A stretch of 64,000 nt of DNA, from assembly GCA_963776275.1 (NCBI GenBank), contig CAVZMI010000034.1:1-64000 (forward strand), written 5' to 3'. Source of the DNA: Ignavibacteriota bacterium (lineage in GTDB: Bacteria > Bacteroidota > Ignavibacteria > UBA10030 > CAVZMI01). Below, piece by piece: positions 1 to 9,639 of this stretch. Positions within the stretch are counted from its first letter, which is position 1. Each line of letters opens with the position of its first letter. Below the pieces are notes generated by a model. That model was not told where the DNA came from. It did not search any database and worked only from the letters and a program-made list of their open reading frames with translations. The translations under genes were made by a program, and so were the position numbers.

Positions 1-604
1 GTCCGCCACCTACGGCGACACCGTTGTTCCATATTTGTAGCTCGATCCGCGAGGCGATTTCTTCCGGAGTCGCCGACCGGGATTTCTCTTTGAAAATCTC
101 ATTCGAGGCTTGACGAACGACTTTCCAATCCAAATAATCCTGAGTCCTTCAGAGAGATTTCACATCAGAAAAATACGGCGAATAATAATAAGCGAAGATA
201 CCTCCAACAATAAGAATTGTGATCAAAAAATTTGCGACTATCGAAAAATCGCGAAAAAGAGTGTCGCATGTAATATATACTACTGCAAAAGCTAGTAAAC
301 CAACAGTGACACCGCGGCATATATAAATATAAAAATTATAACGAAATTCAGCCGACCCAAAATAACCGCCGATAAAATGGAATATGCTTAGCAGAAAAAA
401 GAAGGCAAAATTTATGAAAATAAATTTTCCTCTTTTCGTCGGTTCTTTACCAACGAGGAAAAAAAGAACTATCGTAATGAATGACTGGATTCCAAAATTT
501 AATGAAGCAGCTAAGGAAATCGGAGTAACAACAAAGTATGTACTAACTGCCTGAGCAAAAAGCAACACTAACCATAAGATCGCAATCTTTTTTGGCAATG
601 ACAT
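1..604 (-). CDS. Multi-pass membrane protein, runs off the window start; in-frame TGA at 149-151
   Basis: About 5 hydrophobic helices in the first 150 aa, GAGGA RBS. After the TGA the same frame stays open to base 1 (RTQDYLDWKVVRQASNEIFKEKSRSATPEEIASRIELQIWNNGVAVGG). Confidence 0.7.
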
Positions 605-635
605 ATCATTTCCTCTTCATCGAGTCAGGAATTAA

Positions 636-664
636 AATATACTATTACTTTCAAATTGAGTCAA
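636..664 (-). promoter_or_regulatory. Sigma70-type promoter for the membrane protein gene
   Basis: Minus strand TTGACT-17 nt-TATATT about 30 nt upstream of the ATG. Confidence 0.6.
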
Positions 665-737
665 GTAAAAAATTACGTATTTAAAAATCAATGATTCGTA
701 TGATATTATGCACAATTCAAAAAAAATGCGATTTAAC

Positions 738-766
738 TTGACAAATAAGAATATTTTTGTGATATT
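738..766 (+). promoter_or_regulatory. Sigma70-type promoter for the repeat peptide gene
   Basis: TTGACA-17 nt-GATATT in AT-rich divergent intergenic region. Confidence 0.5.
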
Positions 767-905
767 TCGTATGTTATTAAAAATATTTTACATAACTTAT
801 GAGAAACAATTAAACTAACTTCAATGAAAAGCTACTCTTAATCATGATAATCAATGCTTTTCATGTTTCTCATCCACAACCAACATTAACTAAAGGGGAA
901 AAATC

Positions 906-1250
906 ATGGGAACTAACGACAAACGCCGTACAATCAAACGGGTCTCATCGATTCTCATTGCACTCGCACTTACATTCGCCACAAACGCCGCAATCTCGTA
1001 TGCAGGTGCGAATATGTCTCACAACTCAGGATTACTTCCAGATTGTGTCGGATTAACGTCTGGGGATGGTGCTCCATTACCGCCACCGCCGCCGCCTGAT
1101 GTCACTCACTATTCTGTCGGTTTAACGTCTGGAGACGGAGCCCCATTACCACCGCCGCCGCCGCCGGATGTTGCTCATTATTCTGTCGGTTTAACGTCTG
1201 GAGACGGAGCCCCGTTGCCACCGCCGCCGCCGCCGGAACCTGCTCAATAA
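906..1250 (+). CDS. Secreted small protein with 3 tandem Pro-rich cores (VGLTSGDGAPLPPPPPP)
   Basis: AAAGGGGA RBS; basic N-terminus plus hydrophobic signal peptide; 69-nt (23-aa) repeats starting at 1047, 1116, 1185; only synonymous changes within the 17-aa core. Confidence 0.8.
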   Translation: MGTNDKRRTIKRVSSILIALALTFATNAAISYAGANMSHNSGLLPDCVGLTSGDGAPLPPPPPPDVTHYSVGLTSGDGAPLPPPPPPDVAHYSVGLTSGDGAPLPPPPPPEPAQ

Positions 1251-1284
1251 CATTATCGGCGAAAAAATACAAATCTTTAATCGT

Positions 1285-1323
1285 GCCCTTTCCCTCCGGG
1301 AGGAGGAAAAGGGCGTTTTTTTA
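1285..1323 (+). terminator. Intrinsic terminator after the repeat peptide gene
   Basis: GCCCTTT-C-CCTCC/GGAGG-A-AAAGGGC stem followed by a T run. Confidence 0.75.
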
Positions 1324-1467
1324 TAAAATTTTGATAACTGGATTTTTCAAGATCTCTATTGCATCAATCAACTCCTTATATACTCTCGTTTTTTTCTTTC
1401 ATTTTCATCGCAACTTTCGTATATTTCTATTCATTTGAATTAAAAAACCTTATAGTACTGCGATCTG

Positions 1468-2425
1468 GTGAAAAATCCTTTAGAAACACTCATCTATGCA
1501 AGGAAGTGGTTGATACATGGCGGCTTGTTCGTGCTGACGTTTTTTACCACCACCGTTGCCGGAGTCGCATGGTTAAATCTGGATCCCTTTGAATTAGCAA
1601 ATTTCCCTGCCGGTCTACCTTATTCATTTTCAATACTCCTGATACTCGGAATGCACGAATTCGGCCACTATTTCGCTTCGCGCTACCATGGAGTCGATGC
1701 CACACTCCCTTTCTTTCTACCTTTTCCCACAGTCCCGGGTTTTGTCAACTTCGGGACACTGGGGGCGGTGATCAAGACGAAGTCTGTTGTTCCGAACAAG
1801 AAAGCGATGTTCGATATCGGCGCGGCAGGCCCGATCGCCGGATTCATCGGAAGTCTGGGCCTTATTATTTACGGACTTGTCACACTGCCGGATATCGGAT
1901 ATCTTTATAAGATACATCCGGAATACATAGGAATGACTGTTCTCCCGACAGGGAGCCTTACATTCGGAGATACTCTCTTGTATAATATATTGACAAAAAT
2001 AGTTACAACTCCATCGAATTCGTATCTCCCGGCAATGAATGAGATCTACCATTACCCTTCACTATGCGTCGGGTGGTTCGGACTGTTTGTGACAGCAATG
2101 AATCTTTTACCTATCGGTCAACTCGACGGCGGACATATTTCGTATACGCTCTTCGGCAAACATCATCGCCTCATCGCACGAATAGCATTCGGAATAATTC
2201 TTGTTATAGGAGTCACAGGATTCTTACCGGTCATCGGCATCACGTTCCCCATCGGCTGGGCCAGGTTGGATTTTCTGGGCGTTGATTCTTTTTTTTGTCG
2301 TTAAACTCGATCATCCTGAGGTAGCCGATCCCGCTCCGGTCAATCCTGCAAGGAGATATCTCGGTTGGATGTGTTTCACAATTCTGGTTCTGTGTTTCTC
2401 TCCATCTCCATTTCTTTTACTCTAA
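1468..2425 (+). CDS. Site-2 protease (M50 family), frameshift near 2260
   Basis: HEFGH and NLLPIGQLDGGH motifs; removing one G at ~2260 restores WPGWIFWALILFFVVKLDHP... to TAA at 2425. Confidence 0.9.
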
Positions 2426-2501
2426 ATTGTAACTTCTACGGCATAAAGGACGTCATTTATAAATCAATGATATCTCAATTTTTCACTCGCTATCGTATAA
2501 T

Positions 2502-3365
2502 ATGAATATAAAATCGGGGCTTTGTATAATTTCCATTTTCCTTTTTCTGGCCGGGTGTGACAAAAGTCCTGACAGTATCATAGAGCCTTCCAGCAAACGT
2601 CCGAATCTCCTCGCTGTGGTTTTGACGACACCGGTATTCAATACCGATACAATCTTCGTGGACGGACAAAAATCTTCATCGGATCAACTGACTCTTTCGG
2701 TCGGTTTCAACGCAACAATCGGAATACCGATGGCAGCCGTACAGTCGTTTCATTTTGTGGTAACGAGAACTTCAAACAATGCCGAAATTACTTCGGGTGA
2801 AATCCCTCTCACAGAAACGGATCGGCGGGAAATTCAGGGTAATTATAAATTGTTCGTTTTCCAAAAAATCTTTCCACTTCCCATCCAGCGATCGGATATC
2901 GGCATTTTCAACGTCGATATCTCTGCCATCGACGGATCAGGACTCGAGAGCAATACATTTAGGTCACCATTATCGATTCTCAGATTGAACAAGCCGCCGC
3001 AGATTTCGAACTTGCAGTCTCCTGATACACTCCAGCTTCCTGCAGAGGGTTATGTTGTTAATCTGTTGACATTGAAAGTCGACGATCCCAATGGAACTGC
3101 AGATATCCAGAAAGTGCAGTTCACTTCTATTCTTCCTGATGGGAAACCATCGTCATCTGGCCCGATTCAAATGTATGACGACGGAGGAAAGGTGGATCTG
3201 GGGGGATACAACAGCGGCGATACTAATGCCGCTGACGGAATTTACAGCCGGATTATTCAGCTCAGAAGCGACGCGACCCGGGGAACATATACTTTCTACT
3301 TTGTCGCAATCGATAAATCGAACGATACGAGTAATGTGATTACACACACTATTACCGTTCAATGA
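2502..3365 (+). CDS. Lipoprotein with C-terminal Ig-like domain
   Basis: LAGC lipobox; YDDG...GD.NAADGIYS motif. Confidence 0.75.
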   Translation: MNIKSGLCIISIFLFLAGCDKSPDSIIEPSSKRPNLLAVVLTTPVFNTDTIFVDGQKSSSDQLTLSVGFNATIGIPMAAVQSFHFVVTRTSNNAEITSGEIPLTETDRREIQGNYKLFVFQKIFPLPIQRSDIGIFNVDISAIDGSGLESNTFRSPLSILRLNKPPQISNLQSPDTLQLPAEGYVVNLLTLKVDDPNGTADIQKVQFTSILPDGKPSSSGPIQMYDDGGKVDLGGYNSGDTNAADGIYSRIIQLRSDATRGTYTFYFVAIDKSNDTSNVITHTITVQ

Positions 3366-4972
3366 ATAAACTCGTGAAAATATTTTCTTTTTTAGGATTA
3401 GGGATCTGCTTTTCATCTGCGGTCGCCCAACAAACACTGAGTGTTTCGACTGTGATGTCATCATTGCCGCCAAGCAATGGCGCATCACACTTTGAAGTAA
3501 GTGGAGATACGCTCTGGTTCGGAACCAGCAAAGGTCTTACCCGTTCTACCGATAACGGCATAACTTGGGAGACATTTGCCGATAAGAATTTCGAACATCC
3601 CGGCGTGTCCTCCCTCACCGTGCAGGGCAATCGTATCTGGGCCGGAACTATCTTCGACGAAAAAGTCGGCGACGGTTTTGTTCAGACAGGAGCTGGATAT
3701 TCATTTTCAATCGACAGGGGAGCGACATGGTCTCATCTTCCACAGACGGTCGATAACTCTGTGGATAGCATTCTTTCTTACGGCATCAATGATTCGGTTC
3801 GAATCCTTCCGGTGATAGTTCCGGAACAAAATATTACGTGGGGTGTATCGCTCACACCTCCTGCGGCGAGGGCCTCGGGTGAGCCTCGGTCGAACCCCTC
3901 GGTCGAGCCGGCTTCTGTCTGGATCGCCAGCTGGGCGTCCGGCCTTCGAAAATCAACAGATAACGGAAAGCACTGGCAGCGGATTTTACTCCCCGCAGAC
4001 GATCAGAATTCTCTTCACCCGAACGATACACTCTGGTCATATGCATCATACGATTCACTGAAGCAGAATAGAATTTTCCGCAGGTACGATCCACGCAAAA
4101 ATAATAACATGCTCGGCTTTTCGGTCTTAGCCATTGATTCGGACACAATCTGGTGCGGTACGGCGGGCGGTATCAATAAATCGACCGACGGCGGTTTCTC
4201 ATGGGTAAAATTTTCGCATCAGAATCAATCATCTCCGATCCTCGGCAATTGGGTGATATGCATCCGTGCACAACACTTTACAGGGAAAAACCGCCTCTGG
4301 GCTACAAACTGGAAAGCGGTTGACGAGGCTGAAGAATATGGAGTAAGCTATACTGACGATGGCGGGGCGTCGTGGAAAAACTTACTACAGGGAATCCGCG
4401 CGTACGATTTTGCTTTTCAGGATTCTATCGTTTATGTGGCAACGGAACAGGGATTATACCGCTCGGACGATAACGGAACATCATGGATCCGGAGCGGTTC
4501 CATTATCGACGACAGAACACAACAACGAATTGCCTCGCCGGCCATCCATGCAGTGCGCGTAGCAGGAACAACCGTTTGGATAGGATCTCCTGACGGAATC
4601 GCATCAACAGTCGATGACGCACAGCATCCTTTTGGATCAGCCTGGAATGTTTACAGAGCATACACCGAGCTCGGTCAAACAACAGCAGTCTATGCGTATC
4701 CGAATCCCTTCTCTCCTGCATTCGAACAGACCAGGATTCATTATAGCACAGGCGGAAAGGCGGCTCAGGTCACAATCGAGATTTTCGATTTTGGAATGAA
4801 CCGCGTAAAAACACTCCTTCGGAATGCCGAACGAAGCGGAACACAGGATTATGATGAACTATGGAATGGACTGGACGACTCAGCACGACGAATCGCTAAC
4901 GGCGTGTATCTATATCGCGTAACAATCGGCAACGATCAAACACTCTGGGGAAAAATTCTTGTATTGCAATAA
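3362..4972 (+). CDS. Secreted Asp-box/BNR beta-propeller protein with FlgD-like/T9SS C-terminal domain
   Basis: Signal peptide, repeated SxDxGxTW, C-terminal YAYPNPFSP...WNG...GVYLY. Confidence 0.85.
   Translation: MNKLVKIFSFLGLGICFSSAVAQQTLSVSTVMSSLPPSNGASHFEVSGDTLWFGTSKGLTRSTDNGITWETFADKNFEHPGVSSLTVQGNRIWAGTIFDEKVGDGFVQTGAGYSFSIDRGATWSHLPQTVDNSVDSILSYGINDSVRILPVIVPEQNITWGVSLTPPAARASGEPRSNPSVEPASVWIASWASGLRKSTDNGKHWQRILLPADDQNSLHPNDTLWSYASYDSLKQNRIFRRYDPRKNNNMLGFSVLAIDSDTIWCGTAGGINKSTDGGFSWVKFSHQNQSSPILGNWVICIRAQHFTGKNRLWATNWKAVDEAEEYGVSYTDDGGASWKNLLQGIRAYDFAFQDSIVYVATEQGLYRSDDNGTSWIRSGSIIDDRTQQRIASPAIHAVRVAGTTVWIGSPDGIASTVDDAQHPFGSAWNVYRAYTELGQTTAVYAYPNPFSPAFEQTRIHYSTGGKAAQVTIEIFDFGMNRVKTLLRNAERSGTQDYDELWNGLDDSARRIANGVYLYRVTIGNDQTLWGKILVLQ
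3864..3910. repeat. Nested in-frame palindromic element (GAGC..GTCGA core)
   Basis: gggt-gagcctcg-gtcga-accc(+ctc), 24 nt, inserted inside cggc-gagggcctc-ggtcga-gccg. Confidence 0.6.
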
Positions 4973-5929
4973 ATCATACTGGACTGCCGGAATTCTGTAT
5001 CTCGTGATGTTCTTGGTTGGATTCGGATCATCGGTTCACGCTCAATATGGCGGTACGGCAGGAGCATTCGCCCGCATCGGTTTTGGCGCACGCGGGGTGG
5101 CAATGGGTAATGCAATGACTGCCGTTGTCAGTGGAAAACTTTCACCCTATTATAATCCCGCACTCACTGCATTTCAGAGCGATCATGTAATCACCGCGGC
5201 GTATACGGTGATGTCTCTTGACCGGTCATTGAACTTCTTGCAGTATTCGCAGCATCTGAAGAAATCCGCCGGTATCGCGGTAGGATTTATCAACTCGGGT
5301 GTTTCAAAAATCGATGGCCGCGATTCCGATGGAATCTCGACGGGAGATCTCTCTACATCCGAGTACCTATTCTTCGCTTCCTTCGCCAACAGTTTTACCG
5401 ACAAGTTGGCATGTGGAGTGACATTTAAGTATTATTATTATAAACTTTATGAAAATATCACGGCGTACAGTGCCGCAGTCGACCTTGGATGCATATATTC
5501 GATCAATAAGAATATGAGTGTGGGGATTGCTGTAAATGACCTGGGAGCCAAATATCGGTGGGACACCTCTAAAATCTACGGCGATCAGGGGACAACGACG
5601 ATCGACGCATTCCCGACAATCATTAAAATCGGCGTTGCACATACACTCTTCGATTCAACTGTGACCGCTGCAATTGATTACGTCGCTTCGTCTCAAAATA
5701 CACACCACCTCCGTGTGGGGGTTGAGTGGAATCCACTAGAATCGTTTTCACTTCGGGGGGATGCGATCGGATCGATCTTCAGAATCAATGGTCTGGTGCA
5801 ATGCCGACGTTCGGCTTTGCCGTCAGTTGCCCGCTGCCTGGCTGGTGTCCAACGATTCATTACGCCTATGGCATTGAACCGTTTGCACCCTCGGGGATTC
5901 ATATCATTTCTGTTACAGTTGGGTTTTAA
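4959..5929 (+). CDS. PorV/PorQ-family outer membrane beta-barrel, frameshift in G run near 5760
   Basis: GFGARGVAMGNA...YYNPA N-terminal motif; alternative frame gives LRGG...ISVTVGF C-terminus. Confidence 0.8.
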
Positions 5930-5932
5930 GTT

Positions 5933-6823
5933 ATGATGAGATTCTTATTTGTGTTTTGTATTCCTTCGATTATCCTTGCGCAGGCAGGTACAAGCGGAGC
6001 GGCTTTTATGAAAATCGGACTCAGCCCGCGCGCCGGAGGGATGGGGGAAGCATATGTCGCCGTAGCCGATGATGCCGGTGGAATATATTACAATCCTGCG
6101 GGAATATTATTGAATCAATCTCCGCAAATCGAATTGGCGCACCGGGCATGGATCGATGACATACAATCACAATCCTTAAGTGCAACTCTCCCGTGGGACG
6201 ATATCGCGCTCGGCCTGAATATCACGACTACAACGGTCCCAAATATCGAGATTCGCACCAGACCCGGGGATCCCGAAGGAACATTTACGAGTCGGAATTT
6301 TACGCTCGGCGGCAGTATCGCCTATCGAATCGTGGAGAGTGTGACAATCGGCGGAACCGCCAAATATGTATTCGAAAAAATATTTGTCGACGAATGGTCT
6401 GGAGTTGGAATCGATCTTGGCGTTCATTTCCGGACGCCGGTAGATGGACTGGCGCTCGGTGTCTCGTTATTGAATCTCGGATCGATGAGTGGAACGAACA
6501 CTCCTTCAATCAATCTTCCAACAATGCTGAGAGGGGGCGTGGCATACAAATTTCCCGTCGACGTGATCCGATCGGAAGTCACCTTCGCCGCTGATGCAGT
6601 TCAATTGACCAGGGATCGTATTTTCCACTCGTATATCGGTGGCGAGCTCATATTCGACCGTACCATCGCACTAAGGCTGGGATATCAAACAGGATATGAT
6701 TTCCGTAATATTACTGCCGGAGTGGGCATCAGATACAGATCATTCGCTCTTGATTACTGCATCATTCCCATGAGTCAACAGGCAGGGACGGCACAGACAA
6801 TCGGACTCGGCATCACATTGTAA
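5933..6823 (+). CDS. PorV/PorQ-family outer membrane beta-barrel
   Basis: FMKIGLSPRAGGMGEAYVAVADD...YYNPAG; LRLGY near C-terminus. Confidence 0.85.
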   Translation: MMRFLFVFCIPSIILAQAGTSGAAFMKIGLSPRAGGMGEAYVAVADDAGGIYYNPAGILLNQSPQIELAHRAWIDDIQSQSLSATLPWDDIALGLNITTTTVPNIEIRTRPGDPEGTFTSRNFTLGGSIAYRIVESVTIGGTAKYVFEKIFVDEWSGVGIDLGVHFRTPVDGLALGVSLLNLGSMSGTNTPSINLPTMLRGGVAYKFPVDVIRSEVTFAADAVQLTRDRIFHSYIGGELIFDRTIALRLGYQTGYDFRNITAGVGIRYRSFALDYCIIPMSQQAGTAQTIGLGITL

Positions 6824-6832
6824 GCCAAAACC

Positions 6833-7945
6833 ATGAAAGCGCCTCATCACGTTTGCTGTATCCTCTTCGGTGATATCCGCTTCGATTCCCGGAGCTCAAA
6901 GTTTCTACAAACTCTCTCATCTCACGGATATAACACAACGGTCATTATGATTCCCGAACCGTCAGCTGCATCATATCCGACGGGATTAGCAATTCATCCT
7001 GCACACGTCGTCCGTACTCTTCCTACAAAAATTCGTTTCCTCATTTTCTATTGGAAAGCTTTATTCATCGCTCTCCGGGTGCATGCAACAATTTTCCTCG
7101 CTTCCGATTTGTACTCACTCCCTACGGCATGGTTCGCATCGATTCTCACGGGAGCAAAATTAGTATACGATTCACGGGAGTTGTATTCTGCTATTGCGGC
7201 ACTGCACAAACGCCCGCTCACTCAGCGATTCTGGACCTGGTGCGAACACATTTTCAGCCCCCAGGCTGATTCTATTATCACTGTAAATAATTCGCTCGCT
7301 CAATTCCTGCGGGAAAACCACCCCAAACAAAGGGTGTACGTTGTCCGCAATATCCCCCACAGACAGATTGTCAATGACCGATCTCTCCTCCGGAGACGCC
7401 TCAATATCCCTCCCGGGGAAAAAATCGTGCTCTATCAGGGAGGACTCCAGAAAGGACGTGGAATCGGTATCCTACTTTCAATTGCACCAACATTTCCTGA
7501 TGCCGCATTCGTGTTTCTCGGAAGCGGAGTTCTCAGGCATAGTATTGAAGAGGCTTCCCGACAATCTCCGAATGTTCATCTCCTTGATGCCGTGCCCATG
7601 AGCGAACTGATCACATATACTGCAGGTGCCGACATCGGATGGTGTATAATTGAAAATCATGGGCTCAGTTATTACTATTCTCTTCCGAACAAACTCTTCG
7701 AATATATCATGGCTGGAATCCCTGTCGTTGGAAGCGCTTTTCCCGAAATCAAAAAAAATATTGATCTCTACGATGTCGGAATAACAGTCGATCCGCTGGA
7801 CACAAATGGATTAATCGACTCTCTCCGCATGCTACTCACCGATGATGGATTAAACGCAAGATATGCGGGAAATTGTCGTATTGCTGCAGAAGTGCTCACG
7901 TGGCAAAACGAGTCCGGCTTTCTCCTCGAAGCATTTTCATTCTAA
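6833..7945 (+). CDS. Glycosyltransferase family 4
   Basis: YDSRE, YQGGLQKGRG, LPNKLFEYIMAGIPVV motifs. Confidence 0.9.
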   Translation: MKAPHHVCCILFGDIRFDSRSSKFLQTLSSHGYNTTVIMIPEPSAASYPTGLAIHPAHVVRTLPTKIRFLIFYWKALFIALRVHATIFLASDLYSLPTAWFASILTGAKLVYDSRELYSAIAALHKRPLTQRFWTWCEHIFSPQADSIITVNNSLAQFLRENHPKQRVYVVRNIPHRQIVNDRSLLRRRLNIPPGEKIVLYQGGLQKGRGIGILLSIAPTFPDAAFVFLGSGVLRHSIEEASRQSPNVHLLDAVPMSELITYTAGADIGWCIIENHGLSYYYSLPNKLFEYIMAGIPVVGSAFPEIKKNIDLYDVGITVDPLDTNGLIDSLRMLLTDDGLNARYAGNCRIAAEVLTWQNESGFLLEAFSF

Positions 7946-9639
7946 TGGAAACCATCGTGCATAAACGTTGGATGACATACATCGTAGTTCTTGTCGCGGT
8001 TATCCGATTTATCAATCTGGGATTTCTCGATCTCCAGCGGTGGGATGAATCATTACACGCAGTCCGTACATTGACGATCATACGATTCGGAGACTGGCTC
8101 GACCAATCACCGCATCATCTTCATGTTGCCGGTGACTCCACCGGCGTCTATTATGCAGCGCATCCCCCGCTGTACAGCTGGTGTACTGCATTTCTATATT
8201 ATACGATTGGAATTTCAGAATGCTCCTCGCGATTTGTATCAGCCGTGGCCGGAGCTCTGACAATCTTGCTTCTCTATTTGATGGGTTCACATTTCTTTTC
8301 CCGAACGGTAGGTTTTTATAGCGCGTTATTCCTTGGTCTGACACCTTTCTACAACTTCATGACACGGCAGGGACAGTACGACGTCTTACTGACATTCTGG
8401 ATGACCCTTGCCCTTTATACATGGCTCAGAGGACTCACTGCCAGTGCCAATTACCGCCGGTGGAGCATCATTACAGGAATCGCAATTGGATTTGGTCTCA
8501 TGACAAAGCTATTTGTCGCCGGAGGAGTGTTCATCATTCTTTTATTCTCGATATTGCTCTTGTCTTCTCCAAAAAGAAAGATGTACGTAAAAGAATTTGG
8601 AAAAGTTGTCTTCATCGCCGCGATAATTGCACTTCCGTGGTATATCATGATGGGACTGAAGTACAACAGGGGGAGTATGCTGGGTATTTTCGCCGGAACC
8701 GAGCTTGTAAAACATATAGTTTCCGGATCCGAAGGAACTCCAAAACAACTTGGAGTCCTCTACTATTTCAATCAGCTCCTCCTTATCATGCCCCTGGCCA
8801 TTCCACCCGCTTGTATCGCCCTCTGGAGTGCCTGGAAAAAACGACGGGAACCGGATCGACCGACACGACAGCTGCATGTTATCCTTGCTTTCTGGATACT
8901 ATTTTTTTTCTCAGGCTTTTCAATTCTCTCAACAAAGTTTGCCTGGTGGCTCCTCCCCATATTTCCAGCTCTTGTACTCCTGGCAGGTTATGGATTGGAG
9001 CAGTTGACTTCGGGCTCCCTCTCCTCCGGTTGCCAACGGTTGATAATCGGTGCCATTGGATTACTCGCAATCTGGGCTGCGAATTTCGATTTTCGGCAGG
9101 ATATAAAAATGATATTCATACACAACGGTTTTCATTTCCCTTCGTCGAGTGTCCCAGTTATCGTCGAATGCGGTATTCTCATTGCGATTCTTTGGTTATT
9201 CTCCGTATATCCTCATAAAATATCCCGATTGCCAACACTTATTTATATTCCCCTGGCGCTTCTGTGTGCCGTGAATATTTTCTATCTCGATCGGATTCAA
9301 TATAAGGACGGGGCAAAGGAGCTGGCAGATATAATCCAGTCTCAAAAATTGAAAAATATAGTCGTTGTTGGGAATGGCGATAATCCTCAATTGAGCTATT
9401 ATCTCGACGGGATCGACCTCGGGTGGCATGAGGGATACACATTCAGAAGAATTGAGCTCTGGAACGGGACGGGCAGTGTCAAGTCGGATATCGGGAAAAT
9501 CCGGGGTATACCGTGTGTCATAATTATCGAGAAAGATGAGATTCAGAAAGGCCTATACACCTCCGAGCAACAGGTACTCCCTAAGCCGCTCGAAAAAATA
9601 CTTGACACAAAAGAGTACACTGCGTATATTTGGCAGTAA
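7945..9639 (+). CDS. ArnT/PMT-like membrane glycosyltransferase
   Basis: WDE motif, HPPLY, many TM helices; ATG overlaps the upstream TAA. Confidence 0.85.
   Translation: METIVHKRWMTYIVVLVAVIRFINLGFLDLQRWDESLHAVRTLTIIRFGDWLDQSPHHLHVAGDSTGVYYAAHPPLYSWCTAFLYYTIGISECSSRFVSAVAGALTILLLYLMGSHFFSRTVGFYSALFLGLTPFYNFMTRQGQYDVLLTFWMTLALYTWLRGLTASANYRRWSIITGIAIGFGLMTKLFVAGGVFIILLFSILLLSSPKRKMYVKEFGKVVFIAAIIALPWYIMMGLKYNRGSMLGIFAGTELVKHIVSGSEGTPKQLGVLYYFNQLLLIMPLAIPPACIALWSAWKKRREPDRPTRQLHVILAFWILFFFSGFSILSTKFAWWLLPIFPALVLLAGYGLEQLTSGSLSSGCQRLIIGAIGLLAIWAANFDFRQDIKMIFIHNGFHFPSSSVPVIVECGILIAILWLFSVYPHKISRLPTLIYIPLALLCAVNIFYLDRIQYKDGAKELADIIQSQKLKNIVVVGNGDNPQLSYYLDGIDLGWHEGYTFRRIELWNGTGSVKSDIGKIRGIPCVIIIEKDEIQKGLYTSEQQVLPKPLEKILDTKEYTAYIWQ

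Noticed and set aside
1047-1238. Possible CRISPR or non-coding repeat
   Set aside because: 69-nt period in frame with synonymous variation, so it is a coding repeat.
906-1250. Classical RiPP cluster
   Set aside because: No modifying enzyme (YcaO, LanM, ATP-grasp, linked radical SAM) is adjacent within the window; the left flank is not visible.
8421-9218. 265-aa alternative-frame ORF
   Set aside because: Lies within the ArnT-like gene and has non-protein-like composition.
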